A stretch of DNA of 63,128 nt from IMG/VR virus record IMGVR_UViG_3300005588_000038, positions 1-63,128 of that record; one strand, 5' to 3'. The stretch comes from a virus (taxonomy: Duplodnaviria > Caudoviricetes). This document shows positions 18,073 to 27,944 of this stretch, in pieces. A program made the translations under genes and the position numbers. Position 1 is the first letter of the stretch; each line of letters opens with the position of its first letter. The notes under the pieces were generated by a model. It worked only from the letters and a program-made list of their open reading frames with translations. It was not told the origin of the DNA and made no database searches.

Positions 18073-18579
18073 ATGGCAACAGCTACTAAGACTGAGGTGA
18101 TCGCCGCCTTGAGCGTAGAGCTGGCAAAGCCGGACTATGTGACCCTTCCCGTGACAGGTAAGGGCTCGAAAACTTCCTTACTGCTGACGAAACCAGAGAT
18201 CTCAAATCCTGATCCTGCACCGCAAGTTCAGGCTCCTGCCGATCCAGCAGCTCTATTCAACCCGGTGCCCGCCGACGAACTGGCGGCGATCGATGATGGG
18301 CTGCTCGGCAGAGTCATGGATGCTGTTGAAGATGGCAACCTGCAGAGAGTCAGTCTGCAGATCCAAGTGGCAGTCGCTCGCGGTTACATCAGCTCGGGTA
18401 CAGCGACGGCACTGGCCACTGCCCTGCAGGCGACCGTCGATGATCCGGATCATCCAGCAACTGTGTTCGGTCCGTCTCCGTGGGAAACGATTCTTGCGGA
18501 TAACAACTGGACTACTATCGAGGGCCTGCCATCAACAGGCGGCCTGCCAACGTCGTGGATCGAGGAGGCAGCACAGTAA
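18073..18579 (+). CDS. Hypothetical virion-associated protein
   Basis: First of a coupled GC-richer block. Confidence 0.65.
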   Translation: MATATKTEVIAALSVELAKPDYVTLPVTGKGSKTSLLLTKPEISNPDPAPQVQAPADPAALFNPVPADELAAIDDGLLGRVMDAVEDGNLQRVSLQIQVAVARGYISSGTATALATALQATVDDPDHPATVFGPSPWETILADNNWTTIEGLPSTGGLPTSWIEEAAQ

Positions 18580-18995
18580 TGGGACTGTCAACATCACAGA
18601 ATCAGGTTACGTGGTCTGCGAGCAATTCCCAGTCGGTTTCGGCAGGCGGCAATGCCACGTCTGACGCCGAAACGATTGATGGTGCCATGACCGCAGGCAG
18701 TGTCACCGTCAAGGCTGACAACGGCGGAACTCCAGCAGATGGAGACATCGTCGAGGTCCGTATCCTGTACACAAACGGCGACACAGATGCTGAGGGAGAT
18801 TCGGCTGACGAATACGACGACCGTGACAGCATCCCTCCGGTACTACTCGACACGTACGAAACTGATCCGGCGATTGTGACGCTACCACTGATGGTCGCAA
18901 AGGCATACAAAGTCGACACTGTATCTCAGGCGGCCAGCAACTCAATCACCGTGTCCGCACAGGACTCACAACAGGTATGGGCTGATCCCTCGTGA
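18579..18995 (+). CDS. Hypothetical beta-rich structural protein
   Basis: TAATG coupling, GAGGAGG RBS; S/T/A/D-rich. Confidence 0.7.
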   Translation: MGLSTSQNQVTWSASNSQSVSAGGNATSDAETIDGAMTAGSVTVKADNGGTPADGDIVEVRILYTNGDTDAEGDSADEYDDRDSIPPVLLDTYETDPAIVTLPLMVAKAYKVDTVSQAASNSITVSAQDSQQVWADPS

Positions 18996-19807
18996 TTTAT
19001 CGAACAGTCACCAACGCCGATTACCGCCGCGTCGATCGCGGCCACTGGATGCTTGACGGTTGCCATCTGTGGCTGCCAATGCAGGATGCCGCTGGTGGTA
19101 TGTGCTACGACTGGTCTGGCAAGGGTCATCATGGCACGCTGACCGGCATGGACCCTGCGACCGACTGGACGACCGGAAAACTGGGCAGGGCACTGGATTT
19201 CGACGGATCGAACGACAGTGTAAATGTCGGAAACATTGTCGAGCCGGCAGGTGGCACGGGATACACGTTTACAGCATGGGTACGGAGGGCGGGCAGTAGC
19301 ACCTATGCACTGTTTGGCCAGTCGGACAATAATGTTCGCAGGCACCTTGTGTATCTTCGGTCTGCGGGGCACGTTCGTGTGATTCTTGGTGACGGGGGTG
19401 GATCGTTCATCACACCAGACAACGGCACGGCTACAACGCTCGATAAATGGCATCACGTCGCAGTCACGTTTGAATTCGCAGGCGAAGTCAAAATATACGT
19501 TGATGGTGTGCTCGCTCGTGCTCCAAGCGTTGCTGGGAGCATTTCGCACATCGACACAGATGGAAACAGTGATGCAGTAGGAGCCAGGCAGCGAACATCA
19601 TCGACGTCAGACCTAAGCCTCAACGGCCAGATGGCGGATGTCCGGTACTGGAACCGGGCACTGTCGCAGTCAGAAATCCGAGCTGTCTATTCCGACCCGT
19701 GGCAGGCGATTGGCTACAGACGGCGGGTCTTCCACAGCATTCCGCCTGAAGCGCCTCCAGGGAATAATTACAACAGTTTCATTCATGCGCAAATAGGGTC
19801 GTGCTAG
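18992..19807 (+). CDS. LamG / concanavalin A-like lectin domain protein
   Basis: DWSGKGHHGTL, GKLGRALDFDG, WHHVAVT, IYVDG, DVRYWNRALS. Confidence 0.92.
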   Translation: MIYRTVTNADYRRVDRGHWMLDGCHLWLPMQDAAGGMCYDWSGKGHHGTLTGMDPATDWTTGKLGRALDFDGSNDSVNVGNIVEPAGGTGYTFTAWVRRAGSSTYALFGQSDNNVRRHLVYLRSAGHVRVILGDGGGSFITPDNGTATTLDKWHHVAVTFEFAGEVKIYVDGVLARAPSVAGSISHIDTDGNSDAVGARQRTSSTSDLSLNGQMADVRYWNRALSQSEIRAVYSDPWQAIGYRRRVFHSIPPEAPPGNNYNSFIHAQIGSC

Positions 19808-19809
19808 CC

Positions 19810-20883
19810 ATGCCGATGATTCCTGTAGATACAGCGGTTGTCATAACAGTCGGACCGCTATTTGACGATACAGATTTCAAAACATTGGAGACTGGAGTTG
19901 CTTACAATGCTCCCGGCATGTCTGTCGATCTCATTAAGTCTCCTTTGACTGGAGCAGGCTCAAAAACGGATCTGACTCTGACCTCTGGTGGATCTCAGGA
20001 CTGGACAGAACTTGGCAATGGGATGTACGAGATTGAGATCACGGCCGCTCAAAACAATACCGAAGGTGAGCTCCAGATAGTCGGTGTCGCTGACGGTATT
20101 TTGCCTTTCATCAGTGCCAAATACCAAGTTGTACCTGAGCAGGTTTGGAATTCTTTGGTTGGGAACCTTGATTATCTTGATGTCAACATGGCCCAACTCC
20201 ATGGGAACGGCTCCGCGGCTTCGAATTTGATGAATTCATTCTTCGGATCGACGTTTCCTAACGTCGAGCAGTTCTTTGAGAATTCTGGAATGCTGGTTCT
20301 TGGGACTACACTTCTTTCTGTTACGAGTCAGACTCAGATTGTTCTAGCAGATGGTTCGACTAAGGATGACGCCTACAACGGATTGTCAGTTCTGTTGATG
20401 GATGCAGGAGTGAAGACTGATCGATGTGTCAGAACAGTAGAAGACTATGACGGTGCCACCAAGACACTGACTCTCGACTCGGCTCCTGATTTTACGATTG
20501 CTGCGTCGGACGGTGTGTTTATCCATCCGACCCAATCGAATCTGACGAGAATCGGAGGATCGGTCACTGCCGCTGCTTCCTTGAAGCAGCAGTGCCTGTC
20601 TGTTCCTGTCGCTGCTGTCGCAACAGCAGCAGGTGATGCGAATACAGCGACTGCGTTTGATACGGATCTACCGACTGAAAATGATGATTACTACGGTAGC
20701 GCTGACGGCGGGTCGGTGGTCGCTTTCGTCGATGCTGAGACAAATCAGTATCAATTCAAGCGGATTGTGGCTTCAACTACGGTAAGTGGAAACACCCGAA
20801 TTACACTTGAAGAAGCATTAGACGCAATTCCAAGTGACGGTGATGTTTTTGTGCTGTTTGGTAGAATCACAGAACTCACCTAA
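19810..20883 (+). CDS. Virion structural protein (collar/fibre-like)
   Basis: GPLFDDTDFKTLET, ELGNGMY, two related DD.Y.G...R...Y/S....T.TL repeats. Confidence 0.7.
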   Translation: MPMIPVDTAVVITVGPLFDDTDFKTLETGVAYNAPGMSVDLIKSPLTGAGSKTDLTLTSGGSQDWTELGNGMYEIEITAAQNNTEGELQIVGVADGILPFISAKYQVVPEQVWNSLVGNLDYLDVNMAQLHGNGSAASNLMNSFFGSTFPNVEQFFENSGMLVLGTTLLSVTSQTQIVLADGSTKDDAYNGLSVLLMDAGVKTDRCVRTVEDYDGATKTLTLDSAPDFTIAASDGVFIHPTQSNLTRIGGSVTAAASLKQQCLSVPVAAVATAAGDANTATAFDTDLPTENDDYYGSADGGSVVAFVDAETNQYQFKRIVASTTVSGNTRITLEEALDAIPSDGDVFVLFGRITELT

Positions 20884-20903
20884 ACCGCAGAAAGGCCTTA
20901 GAC

Positions 20904-22232
20904 ATGCTGGTCTTTCTGCAAGGAGGGTTGCAGCTACTTTCAGCAGCAACCAGCTCTTCTTCGAGTTCTCTGTCAAGCAGCAGCTCCGAATCATCGAGTA
21001 GTCGATCATCATCGAGTTCGATTTCGAGTAGCTCAAGTCAGTCATCGAGTAGTCAATCTTCGTCAAGCTCTGTTTCTAGTTCGTCGCAGAGTAGCTCAAG
21101 TTCTCTGTCAAGCAGCTCTGCATCGAGCAGTTCCAGCAGTTCGAGTTTATCATCGAGTAGTCAGTCGAGCAGCAGCTCGGTATCAAGTTCGTCTCAAAGT
21201 AGTTCGAGTAGTCAGTCGTCGAGCAGCCAATCAAGCAGCAGCTCAGAATCGTCGAGCAGCCAATCAAGCAGCAGCTCTTCTTCGAGTTCATCGCAAAGCA
21301 GCAGCTCTCAGTCGAGCAGTTCGAGTCAGAGCAGCTCAAGCCAATCGAGCAGCAGCTCTGAATCATCGAGCAGCCAATCTTCGTCAAGCTCATTGAGCTC
21401 AAGCAGTCAATCATCAAGCAGTAGTCAATCAGGCTCGAGCCAATCAAGCAGCAGCTCCGAATCATCGAGTAGCCGATCTTCGTCGAGTTCACTGAGTTCG
21501 AGTAGTTCGTCGTCAGTCAGCAGTTCGAGCCAATCAAGCAGCAGCTCTGAATCATCGAGTTCACTGAGCTCTTCGAGCTCTTCGAGCTCAAGCAGTCAAT
21601 CATCTAGCAGCAGTCAGTCATCATCTAGTCAAAGCAGTTCAAGTCAGTCGAGCAGCAGCTCCGAATCATCGAGCAGTCAGTCGAGCAGCAGCTCCGAATC
21701 ATCGAGCAGTCAGTCATCATCTAGTTCAAATTCTTCGAGCAGCCGGTCATCAAGCAGCAGTCAATCCGGCTCGAGCCAATCAAGTAGCAGCTCGATTTCT
21801 TCGAGCAGCCAGTCATCAAGTAGCCAATCGAGCAGCAGCTCTGAATCATCGAGCAGCCAATCTTCGTCAAGCTCATTGAGCTCGAGCAATAGCAGTCCAT
21901 CTTCAAGTTCTCATTCATCTAGCTCAATTTCAAGTAGTTCGAGTCAATCAAGTAGTTCGAGTCAATCAAGCAGTCAGTCATCATCCAGCTCTCAGTCGAG
22001 CAGCAGCAGCTCCTCTTCTAGTTATTCGAGCAGCAGCCAATCGAGCGAAAGTTCATCAAATTCATTCTCTGAATCGTCTTCATCATCAGCAAGATTGGTC
22101 CATCCAGCCGGAAAAACAATCAATGCTGTTGGGGTATCTGCATCTTCATTCACGTCAAGTGGATTCACGTCAAGTGGATTCACGTCAAGTGGATTCACGT
22201 CAAGTGGATTCACAATACCAGTAACTGAGTAA
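20904..22232 (+). CDS. Poly-serine protein (~379-aa Ser tract)
   Basis: Only long open frame; tract 20952-22088 uses mixed TCN/AGY codons with Q/E/L spacers; short non-repetitive ends. Confidence 0.9.
   Translation: MLVFLQGGLQLLSAATSSSSSSLSSSSSESSSSRSSSSSISSSSSQSSSSQSSSSSVSSSSQSSSSSLSSSSASSSSSSSSLSSSSQSSSSSVSSSSQSSSSSQSSSSQSSSSSESSSSQSSSSSSSSSSQSSSSQSSSSSQSSSSQSSSSSESSSSQSSSSSLSSSSQSSSSSQSGSSQSSSSSESSSSRSSSSSLSSSSSSSVSSSSQSSSSSESSSSLSSSSSSSSSSQSSSSSQSSSSQSSSSQSSSSSESSSSQSSSSSESSSSQSSSSSNSSSSRSSSSSQSGSSQSSSSSISSSSQSSSSQSSSSSESSSSQSSSSSLSSSNSSPSSSSHSSSSISSSSSQSSSSSQSSSQSSSSSQSSSSSSSSSYSSSSQSSESSSNSFSESSSSSARLVHPAGKTINAVGVSASSFTSSGFTSSGFTSSGFTSSGFTIPVTE
22149..22213 (+). repeat. 15-bp tandem repeat TTCACGTCAAGTGGA x4 + partial (FTSSG)
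   Basis: Exact copies at 22149, 22164, 22179, 22194. Confidence 0.95.
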
Positions 22233-22238
22233 TCCATC

Positions 22239-22595
22239 ATGTCGTTAATCCATGCGTATCAAAATCGAGGAAAAACCTGGGAATTCCAGATCAATGGATC
22301 TGACGGTTCTGCCGTTACTCCTGGTGATTCTGATAAAGTTCGGATTATCATTGGTCGAGAAGGACAGCTCGGAGTTGATTTATCGAATGCTGAATTGGTG
22401 GTCACATCTGAATCAAGCACAGATGCCGGATCGTCAATTACTACAGGTTCGACCAATACACTTCGTCTGGACGCAACTGATCTGGCATCGATTGAACCTG
22501 GGATTTACACTCTGTTCGTAGATTACTACGACAGTTCTGATGGCGATGAGTGGAAGAACGTCGACAGACAGGTGTTCAGTTTGGAGTCTACTTAA
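22239..22595 (+). CDS. Ig/BppU-like small structural protein
   Basis: Beta-sandwich-like pattern LRLDATDLASIEPGIYTLFVDY. Confidence 0.6.
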   Translation: MSLIHAYQNRGKTWEFQINGSDGSAVTPGDSDKVRIIIGREGQLGVDLSNAELVVTSESSTDAGSSITTGSTNTLRLDATDLASIEPGIYTLFVDYYDSSDGDEWKNVDRQVFSLEST

Positions 22596-23417
22596 ATGGG
22601 ATCGATTGTCGACATCAGTGAAGTTCTCCTAGAAGCAGGATTAGCCGCATCTGCGACGGAGACAGAACGTGCAATCTTCGCTCAAGTCATTTCTCGAGTC
22701 GAAGGACTGGTGATTCAGCATCTTAGGTACGATCCTGTGCAGCGTACTCGAACTGAATTCTATCCTCTCCAAGAATTAAATCTGTCTGGGTCAGATGGTG
22801 TCTGGCAGGTGAATGCGAGTGCAGCTTATTTCGAAAGAGCTAACCAAGTCGCAGGCAATGAGCTTCAAGTTCGTCATGTCCCGATTCGGCAAAGAGATTC
22901 ATCAGGAGATGGTGCAATCGATCTTCGCCTGGATTATGGGGCTCGATCAGGCACCAACGTCGGTTCGTTTTCAGAGTCCACCCAGAAGACAGAAGGTGTG
23001 GATTTCTGGCCTAATTATGATCAGCAGGATTCTTCGGGTTACGGTGTTTGCCGTGACGGAATTCTTCGGTCTCACGGAAGATGGCCTGTTGAGCCTGGTT
23101 CTGTCAAGATCACTTATCTGGCAGGGTATACTTCTGCTGAATTGCACGGGCAGGATTCAGCGGTAAACGCTCGACCCATTCTTGATGCGGTATTGACAGA
23201 ATCAATCCGCCAAGTAGGCAAGGTTTATTCGAGAATGAAGAAGGCTCGCGGCGGGTTTGGTGTCGGTCCTCTATCAGGAGAAGACCTTGGGGATTACGCC
23301 TACACGACTAACGGTGATCTGATGTCGTCCATCTTCGGGACGGGTGAGAGTCTCTTATCCGAAACTCGTCAGAGTTTGTCAGAGTTTGTCAATTATGGAT
23401 GGGCGATTGGAGGATAG
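22596..23417 (+). CDS. Head-tail connector (adaptor) protein
   Basis: RTEFY, SVKITYLAGY, EDLGDYAYT, L...Y-type C-terminus typical of gp6/gp15-like adaptors. Confidence 0.75.
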   Translation: MGSIVDISEVLLEAGLAASATETERAIFAQVISRVEGLVIQHLRYDPVQRTRTEFYPLQELNLSGSDGVWQVNASAAYFERANQVAGNELQVRHVPIRQRDSSGDGAIDLRLDYGARSGTNVGSFSESTQKTEGVDFWPNYDQQDSSGYGVCRDGILRSHGRWPVEPGSVKITYLAGYTSAELHGQDSAVNARPILDAVLTESIRQVGKVYSRMKKARGGFGVGPLSGEDLGDYAYTTNGDLMSSIFGTGESLLSETRQSLSEFVNYGWAIGG

Positions 23418-23419
23418 CT

Positions 23420-23803
23420 GTGAGTCTCTTGGATTCTTTTCCGCACCTTTGCACTATCTCGAAGAGAACTCGATCTAAAGGGAACTCGACTACAGGTGGT
23501 TCGGTTGACGCAACTCCTGCGGTGCAGACAGGAGTCGAGTGCTGGGAGCAGCAGTTATCGTCGAAAGAGATCTTGGAGTTCCAGAAGAGAGAGCTAGTGG
23601 TTTCAAGAAAAGTGTACTTCTTGGCTGACCCGGGAATCGGAACGAAGAATCTAATCACCATCACATCGAGAGATGGACTGGCCATCCCAGAGGCCAGTCA
23701 AATTCCGATGGATGTAGTAGGCAACGCACAGCCTGACGCTAGTGCAGGCCTCGGCGTTGTGTATCGCGTGTATGTTGCCGAAACTACCGGAGACGGTATC
23801 TGA
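23420..23803 (+). CDS. Head closure / stopper-like protein
   Basis: HLCTISKR...GG...CWEQ; follows adaptor; GGAGG RBS + GTG. Confidence 0.6.
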   Translation: MSLLDSFPHLCTISKRTRSKGNSTTGGSVDATPAVQTGVECWEQQLSSKEILEFQKRELVVSRKVYFLADPGIGTKNLITITSRDGLAIPEASQIPMDVVGNAQPDASAGLGVVYRVYVAETTGDGI

Positions 23804-24138
23804 TGCGTGTTTCTTGCGAAAATTTAGATGACTACACCGTCAATCTGGATGCAGTAGATGACGATCAGATTTTTGATGGTGTAGTTCGTGTCTCAAAGAT
23901 TGTGCAACCTGAGAACGAAGTCAAGGATCAGGTTGCAATGTATTCTTCTTGTGTCATTGACGTAGACGACAGAAGCCAGTTCATTCTTGAGCTTGTGCTG
24001 CCTTGTGGTTACGATTACAAAGATGGAGGCAAGGACGCAAGCGGTGGTTCTAGAATGTACGCTGATGTTCGTGCAGAGCTAGAGGGCTATCTAGCAAAAC
24101 GAAAAGTGAAAATTCTGCCTGGTGTGATCGATTTCTGA
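23803..24138 (+). CDS. Hypothetical protein
   Basis: TGATG coupling. Confidence 0.65.
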   Translation: MRVSCENLDDYTVNLDAVDDDQIFDGVVRVSKIVQPENEVKDQVAMYSSCVIDVDDRSQFILELVLPCGYDYKDGGKDASGGSRMYADVRAELEGYLAKRKVKILPGVIDF

Positions 24139-24152
24139 GGAGAACTTCAAAA

Positions 24153-24464
24153 ATGACGAAAGTTGTCAACCATGAGACGAAAGAAGCGTGCACTGAGGCC
24201 TTGAAAGAGCAAGTTCAGGCAGTGACCAGCTCAGGTCGTCCGTGGATGGGTGTTCTGTTTCATGTTGACAGCAAAGGGTACATGCGTCTTGATCGAACGT
24301 CATGTGAGTTTCCGACTCACAGATTTGGAGAATGTGCTGATTTGCTGGTTGAATGTCTGCGAGAAGGTGCGGCTCAGGCGGCAGGCTTGAGTGCGCTGCC
24401 GAAGGGCGATCTGAACGAATTATTTCTACAGTCCGAGGAGGGTTGCAGTGGAGTGGATCCGTGA
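24153..24464 (+). CDS. Hypothetical protein
   Basis: GAGGAG RBS. Confidence 0.65.
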   Translation: MTKVVNHETKEACTEALKEQVQAVTSSGRPWMGVLFHVDSKGYMRLDRTSCEFPTHRFGECADLLVECLREGAAQAAGLSALPKGDLNELFLQSEEGCSGVDP

Positions 24465-24828
24465 GTTGTGGGTAGGTTGGTGTGTTGGGCGGTATTTGAA
24501 AAAACTCCACCGTAGAGCACAAAATCTTGAGAGACAGTCAAAAGAAACTGAAAACCGCGTTCAGTGGAGATTGAGTAGGCTAGAAGAATCGGCCGCCGCT
24601 TTTGAATCTCGATTGAGCAAAGCACAGCAAGAAGTAGCCCACCTCGAGGCTATCAATAAGAAATATGAAACTGAGCTGGAGATCATTCGCGATGAATTGA
24701 CGATCGCACAAGACGTCACCATACCTGGACTGATGTCCCAGTGCGACCGATTGATCCAGAAATGGAAAGCAGAATCCAGGATCGAAGTGATGCGGGCGAC
24801 GGCGGCTCAAAAACAGACTGAAGAGTGA
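24448..24828 (+). CDS. Coiled-coil protein
   Basis: Long heptad helix; overlaps portal start. Confidence 0.65.
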   Translation: MEWIRELWVGWCVGRYLKKLHRRAQNLERQSKETENRVQWRLSRLEESAAAFESRLSKAQQEVAHLEAINKKYETELEIIRDELTIAQDVTIPGLMSQCDRLIQKWKAESRIEVMRATAAQKQTEE

Positions 24829-26453
24829 GTTCGATGAGATATTCTCCAATCAAGAAATCATTGGATGCCCGAGACGTGAATGCGTCGCTGGCTCGATCGG
24901 CAGCCTTAGATAGAATTGCATCTACTGGTGCCAGTGGTCTGCTGCAATCACTTTCGCCTGGTCCAGTTTCTGGATTTCTCAGCGAGTTCAGTTCTTCGGG
25001 GCAGGATGCTGAGAGATATCGGAATTATCGGCATTGGGTCTATTCTGCTGTCAATGCACTGGCTCTTCAGGGCTCAGGGCAAGCAGCTAATGTCGTGCGT
25101 CTTCTAGGCACTGGAGACCAGAAGCAGAAACCAAAGGTAGGTGAGAAACAGTACGCGACAGCAGAGTATCGGAAAAGAATGCCTTCGCATCTACAAGCGA
25201 AGGCTTCGAATCAGCAGATCGAGGTTCTCAACAATCATCCGATTTTGACTGCACTAGAAAAACCAAATCCAGTGCAGTACCGATTCCAATTCATCTACTC
25301 GTTCATTGCCAATCTTGCCTTGACTGGATGGAGTTATCTTGTCGGCGGAGAAACCGAGGACGGCAGCCTTGAATTGTATTCAGTACCGACTACCTGGATC
25401 AAACCAGTCCACCGAAATGAACTGTTTTCTGAATTCAGATTGGTGAATCCGAATAATCCAACAGCGGAAGGAGTCTTGCTTAGCAAAGAGAACGTGGCAT
25501 TTGCTCAGCTGCCGGATCCAAGTGATTTATCAAAAGGATTGGCTCCAGCGGATGCTCAAGAAAATGCCATCTCAATCGATACCAAAATCCAAACCAGTCA
25601 AAGAAGTTTCTTTGACAACGGAATCTTCCCTTCTGTCATTGTGACAGTAGGAAGAGACCCGCATCCAGATGTTCCAGGAGGTATTCGCCCAAGACTGACA
25701 GCACCTCAAAGAAGGCAGGTTATCGGTGCGATTCGAAAGGTCGCTGGTGGGATTTCGAATTACGGTAATCCAGCGATTGTTGACGGCTTGATTGAGAAGA
25801 TCGAACGGCTATCAGCTACTCAGACAGAAATGGGCTGGGAAAAAAGTGAAGGTCATGTCCGTACCCGAATCTTGTCAGCGTATGGGGTTCATCCATTCAT
25901 CCTCGGCGAAACAATGGCCGGATCATACGCTCAAGCCTATGTGGTGAAGGATCAATTTTGCAGTAGAGTGAACACCTTTCTTGATCTGCTGGGTGTTGTG
26001 TCTACTGATTTTCTCGTTCCGATGGCTTCTCGGAATGATTCGCTTCGGATATGGTATGACCCGTGTGAGGCAAAAGATCCGGCACTTGACCAGAAGCTTT
26101 GGACAGATGCTCGAAGAAATCAAGATGTCACTCAGAACGAGTTCCGGGCTTTTATGGGCCTGCCGCCTGACGTTGATCGAAATGAATCAGTGATCAGTCA
26201 TCAAGCACTCCAAGGAGTTCTGAATATTGCCGCTCAGTCGTACCAAGGCAAAGTCAGCCCAGAACAGGCATCCGCTATTCTAGAGGCAGCAGGAATTCCA
26301 ACAGATTTAGCTGAAAGAATCAGTGGATCGGGCCTATCGGTTTCTCAAGGAATTGGAGCACTGGAAGAGGCAATGCGTGCTCTTGGTGGTATGTTGACGG
26401 ATAAATCAGTCGATGCGGCTGAGATAGCTCAGAGGGTTGCATGCCGAGTCTGA
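24825..26453 (+). CDS. Portal protein (HK97-like)
   Basis: WVYSAVNA, HPILTALEKPNP, LALTGWSY, GLAP, FFDNGIFP, ILSAYGVHP..LG, T.NEFRA.MGLPP. Confidence 0.95.
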   Translation: MSSMRYSPIKKSLDARDVNASLARSAALDRIASTGASGLLQSLSPGPVSGFLSEFSSSGQDAERYRNYRHWVYSAVNALALQGSGQAANVVRLLGTGDQKQKPKVGEKQYATAEYRKRMPSHLQAKASNQQIEVLNNHPILTALEKPNPVQYRFQFIYSFIANLALTGWSYLVGGETEDGSLELYSVPTTWIKPVHRNELFSEFRLVNPNNPTAEGVLLSKENVAFAQLPDPSDLSKGLAPADAQENAISIDTKIQTSQRSFFDNGIFPSVIVTVGRDPHPDVPGGIRPRLTAPQRRQVIGAIRKVAGGISNYGNPAIVDGLIEKIERLSATQTEMGWEKSEGHVRTRILSAYGVHPFILGETMAGSYAQAYVVKDQFCSRVNTFLDLLGVVSTDFLVPMASRNDSLRIWYDPCEAKDPALDQKLWTDARRNQDVTQNEFRAFMGLPPDVDRNESVISHQALQGVLNIAAQSYQGKVSPEQASAILEAAGIPTDLAERISGSGLSVSQGIGALEEAMRALGGMLTDKSVDAAEIAQRVACRV

Positions 26454-27526
26454 GTCACAATGACCCGAAGTTTGCGATATCAGTCGGACTGCATTTCGCA
26501 GCGTCCGAAATTGCGAAATTGGCGAACACTCTGTGGAGGAAATCTACAGCAGATTTCTATTCGAATCAACGAAATGATTCAGAGGAAGCTTTGGCTGATT
26601 CTGTGCGGAAAGTGATAGATGAGCAAATCACTTCGGCAGAAACTGCACTAAAGGCATTGGCAGCCGCCGGCAGCTCGATACCGACAGCCGAATCTATTTT
26701 CAATCCATCGGATTGGACTTCTGCTCTGATCGATGCTTCACTTCCTCCTATGCTTCTGGGCATGGTGCAATCTGCTGGGGCTGAGTACGTTCGTCTTGGT
26801 AATCGTGCTCGAGATTTTGAAAAAGCATCGACAGCAACAGAATGGCTGAATGACCAGACGGACGGTGGGTTCGAAGATCTTGAATTTTTAGTTGTCGGTC
26901 CTGATGGAACACCGTCCACAGTAACAATTCAGATCACCACAGAGTATCCGGAAGCGATTAAGCAGGAGATCGAAAATCAGCTCAAGGAAACATTCGCTCA
27001 AGATTATTGGGTGGATATCGGTAATGAGACACTGAGCGACATTCACCAGTTTCTCCAAGAAGGATTGGTGAACGGAGCTTCGATCGTACAGATGGCCGAG
27101 AGCATTCGATCAGAGTTAGGAGGAACTTCTCGTCAAGCTGATATCAGAGCAAAGCGAATTGCTCGGACGGAAATGACCAATGCTCTTAATGGGGCTCGAT
27201 CGGCAGCGATCGACGAGTTTTTTGCTGAGGTTCCTGATCTACCGATGAAGAAAGTCTGGTTGTCGATTCTTGCAGATACAACCAGACCTGAACATGCTGA
27301 CTTGGATGGGGTCCCAGCTGATGAAGAAAATTTGTGGACGCTGGCGGGGTACCGTGTTCGATGGCCTGGTGATATCATTTTGCCCGCAAAGCATCGATGC
27401 CATTGTCTGTGTACAGTTCATGTAGAATTCGGAATGACTGACGCAGAAGCTCGTCAACTTCGTACTGAGTACGATGAACGTGTTTTGGTAACTCAAAGAG
27501 AAATGGAGTCAAGGGAAGATGGCTAA
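26441..27526 (+). CDS. Minor head protein (Mu gpF / SPP1 gp7-like)
   Basis: RAKRIARTE, KKVWLS...TRPEH..LDG, C-x-C motif. Confidence 0.9.
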   Translation: MPSLSHNDPKFAISVGLHFAASEIAKLANTLWRKSTADFYSNQRNDSEEALADSVRKVIDEQITSAETALKALAAAGSSIPTAESIFNPSDWTSALIDASLPPMLLGMVQSAGAEYVRLGNRARDFEKASTATEWLNDQTDGGFEDLEFLVVGPDGTPSTVTIQITTEYPEAIKQEIENQLKETFAQDYWVDIGNETLSDIHQFLQEGLVNGASIVQMAESIRSELGGTSRQADIRAKRIARTEMTNALNGARSAAIDEFFAEVPDLPMKKVWLSILADTTRPEHADLDGVPADEENLWTLAGYRVRWPGDIILPAKHRCHCLCTVHVEFGMTDAEARQLRTEYDERVLVTQREMESREDG

Positions 27527-27944
27527 GTGTCCGAGGATTGGAGATCTCAAAGGAATACAACCTGTTTCGGCAGGCAGTAGAATTCTGGTGCGTATTCATC
27601 CTGGGACATCGAAGACCCAAAGAAAAAGGCTAGCGGCCAGTATCAACCGAATGATGGATACCGAGGTGTGTGTGTTGTTCGCAGACCCAGTATCAGTCAC
27701 GATGTTGATAGCTCGGTGGACAGGGACTACACATGCTCAACCGGAGCGGTTGATAGGACCTGAGGACTCGTCTGTGCTGAAGCCCGAAGGCGGTACGATT
27801 CAAGTAAACTGCTCAGAGGTGGAGCTGGATAACAGTGATCGAATATTCGTTATCAACCATTCACTCACTGCTGCTGACTTCAAGAAATTTTTGATAGATC
27901 TGAGGCAGTGGTGCGGATCAACTGTAGAGGTGGTAGCCCCTTGA
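27519..27944 (+). CDS. Hypothetical protein
   Basis: Overlapping ORF in operon. Confidence 0.6.
   Translation: MAKCPRIGDLKGIQPVSAGSRILVRIHPGTSKTQRKRLAASINRMMDTEVCVLFADPVSVTMLIARWTGTTHAQPERLIGPEDSSVLKPEGGTIQVNCSEVELDNSDRIFVINHSLTAADFKKFLIDLRQWCGSTVEVVAP

Noticed and set aside
20881-20906. Read-through fusion of 19810 protein to the poly-Ser ORF
   Set aside because: Different frames, no slippery site, and the Ser ORF has its own AAAGG RBS
20952-22213. Repeat region as CRISPR array
   Set aside because: No constant repeat with unique spacers; it is an in-frame Ser-coding tract and no cas genes are present
24448-24480. Shared N-terminus MEWIRELWV with MKWIKTLWV at 54570
   Set aside because: Too short to support homology and the 24448 start is uncertain
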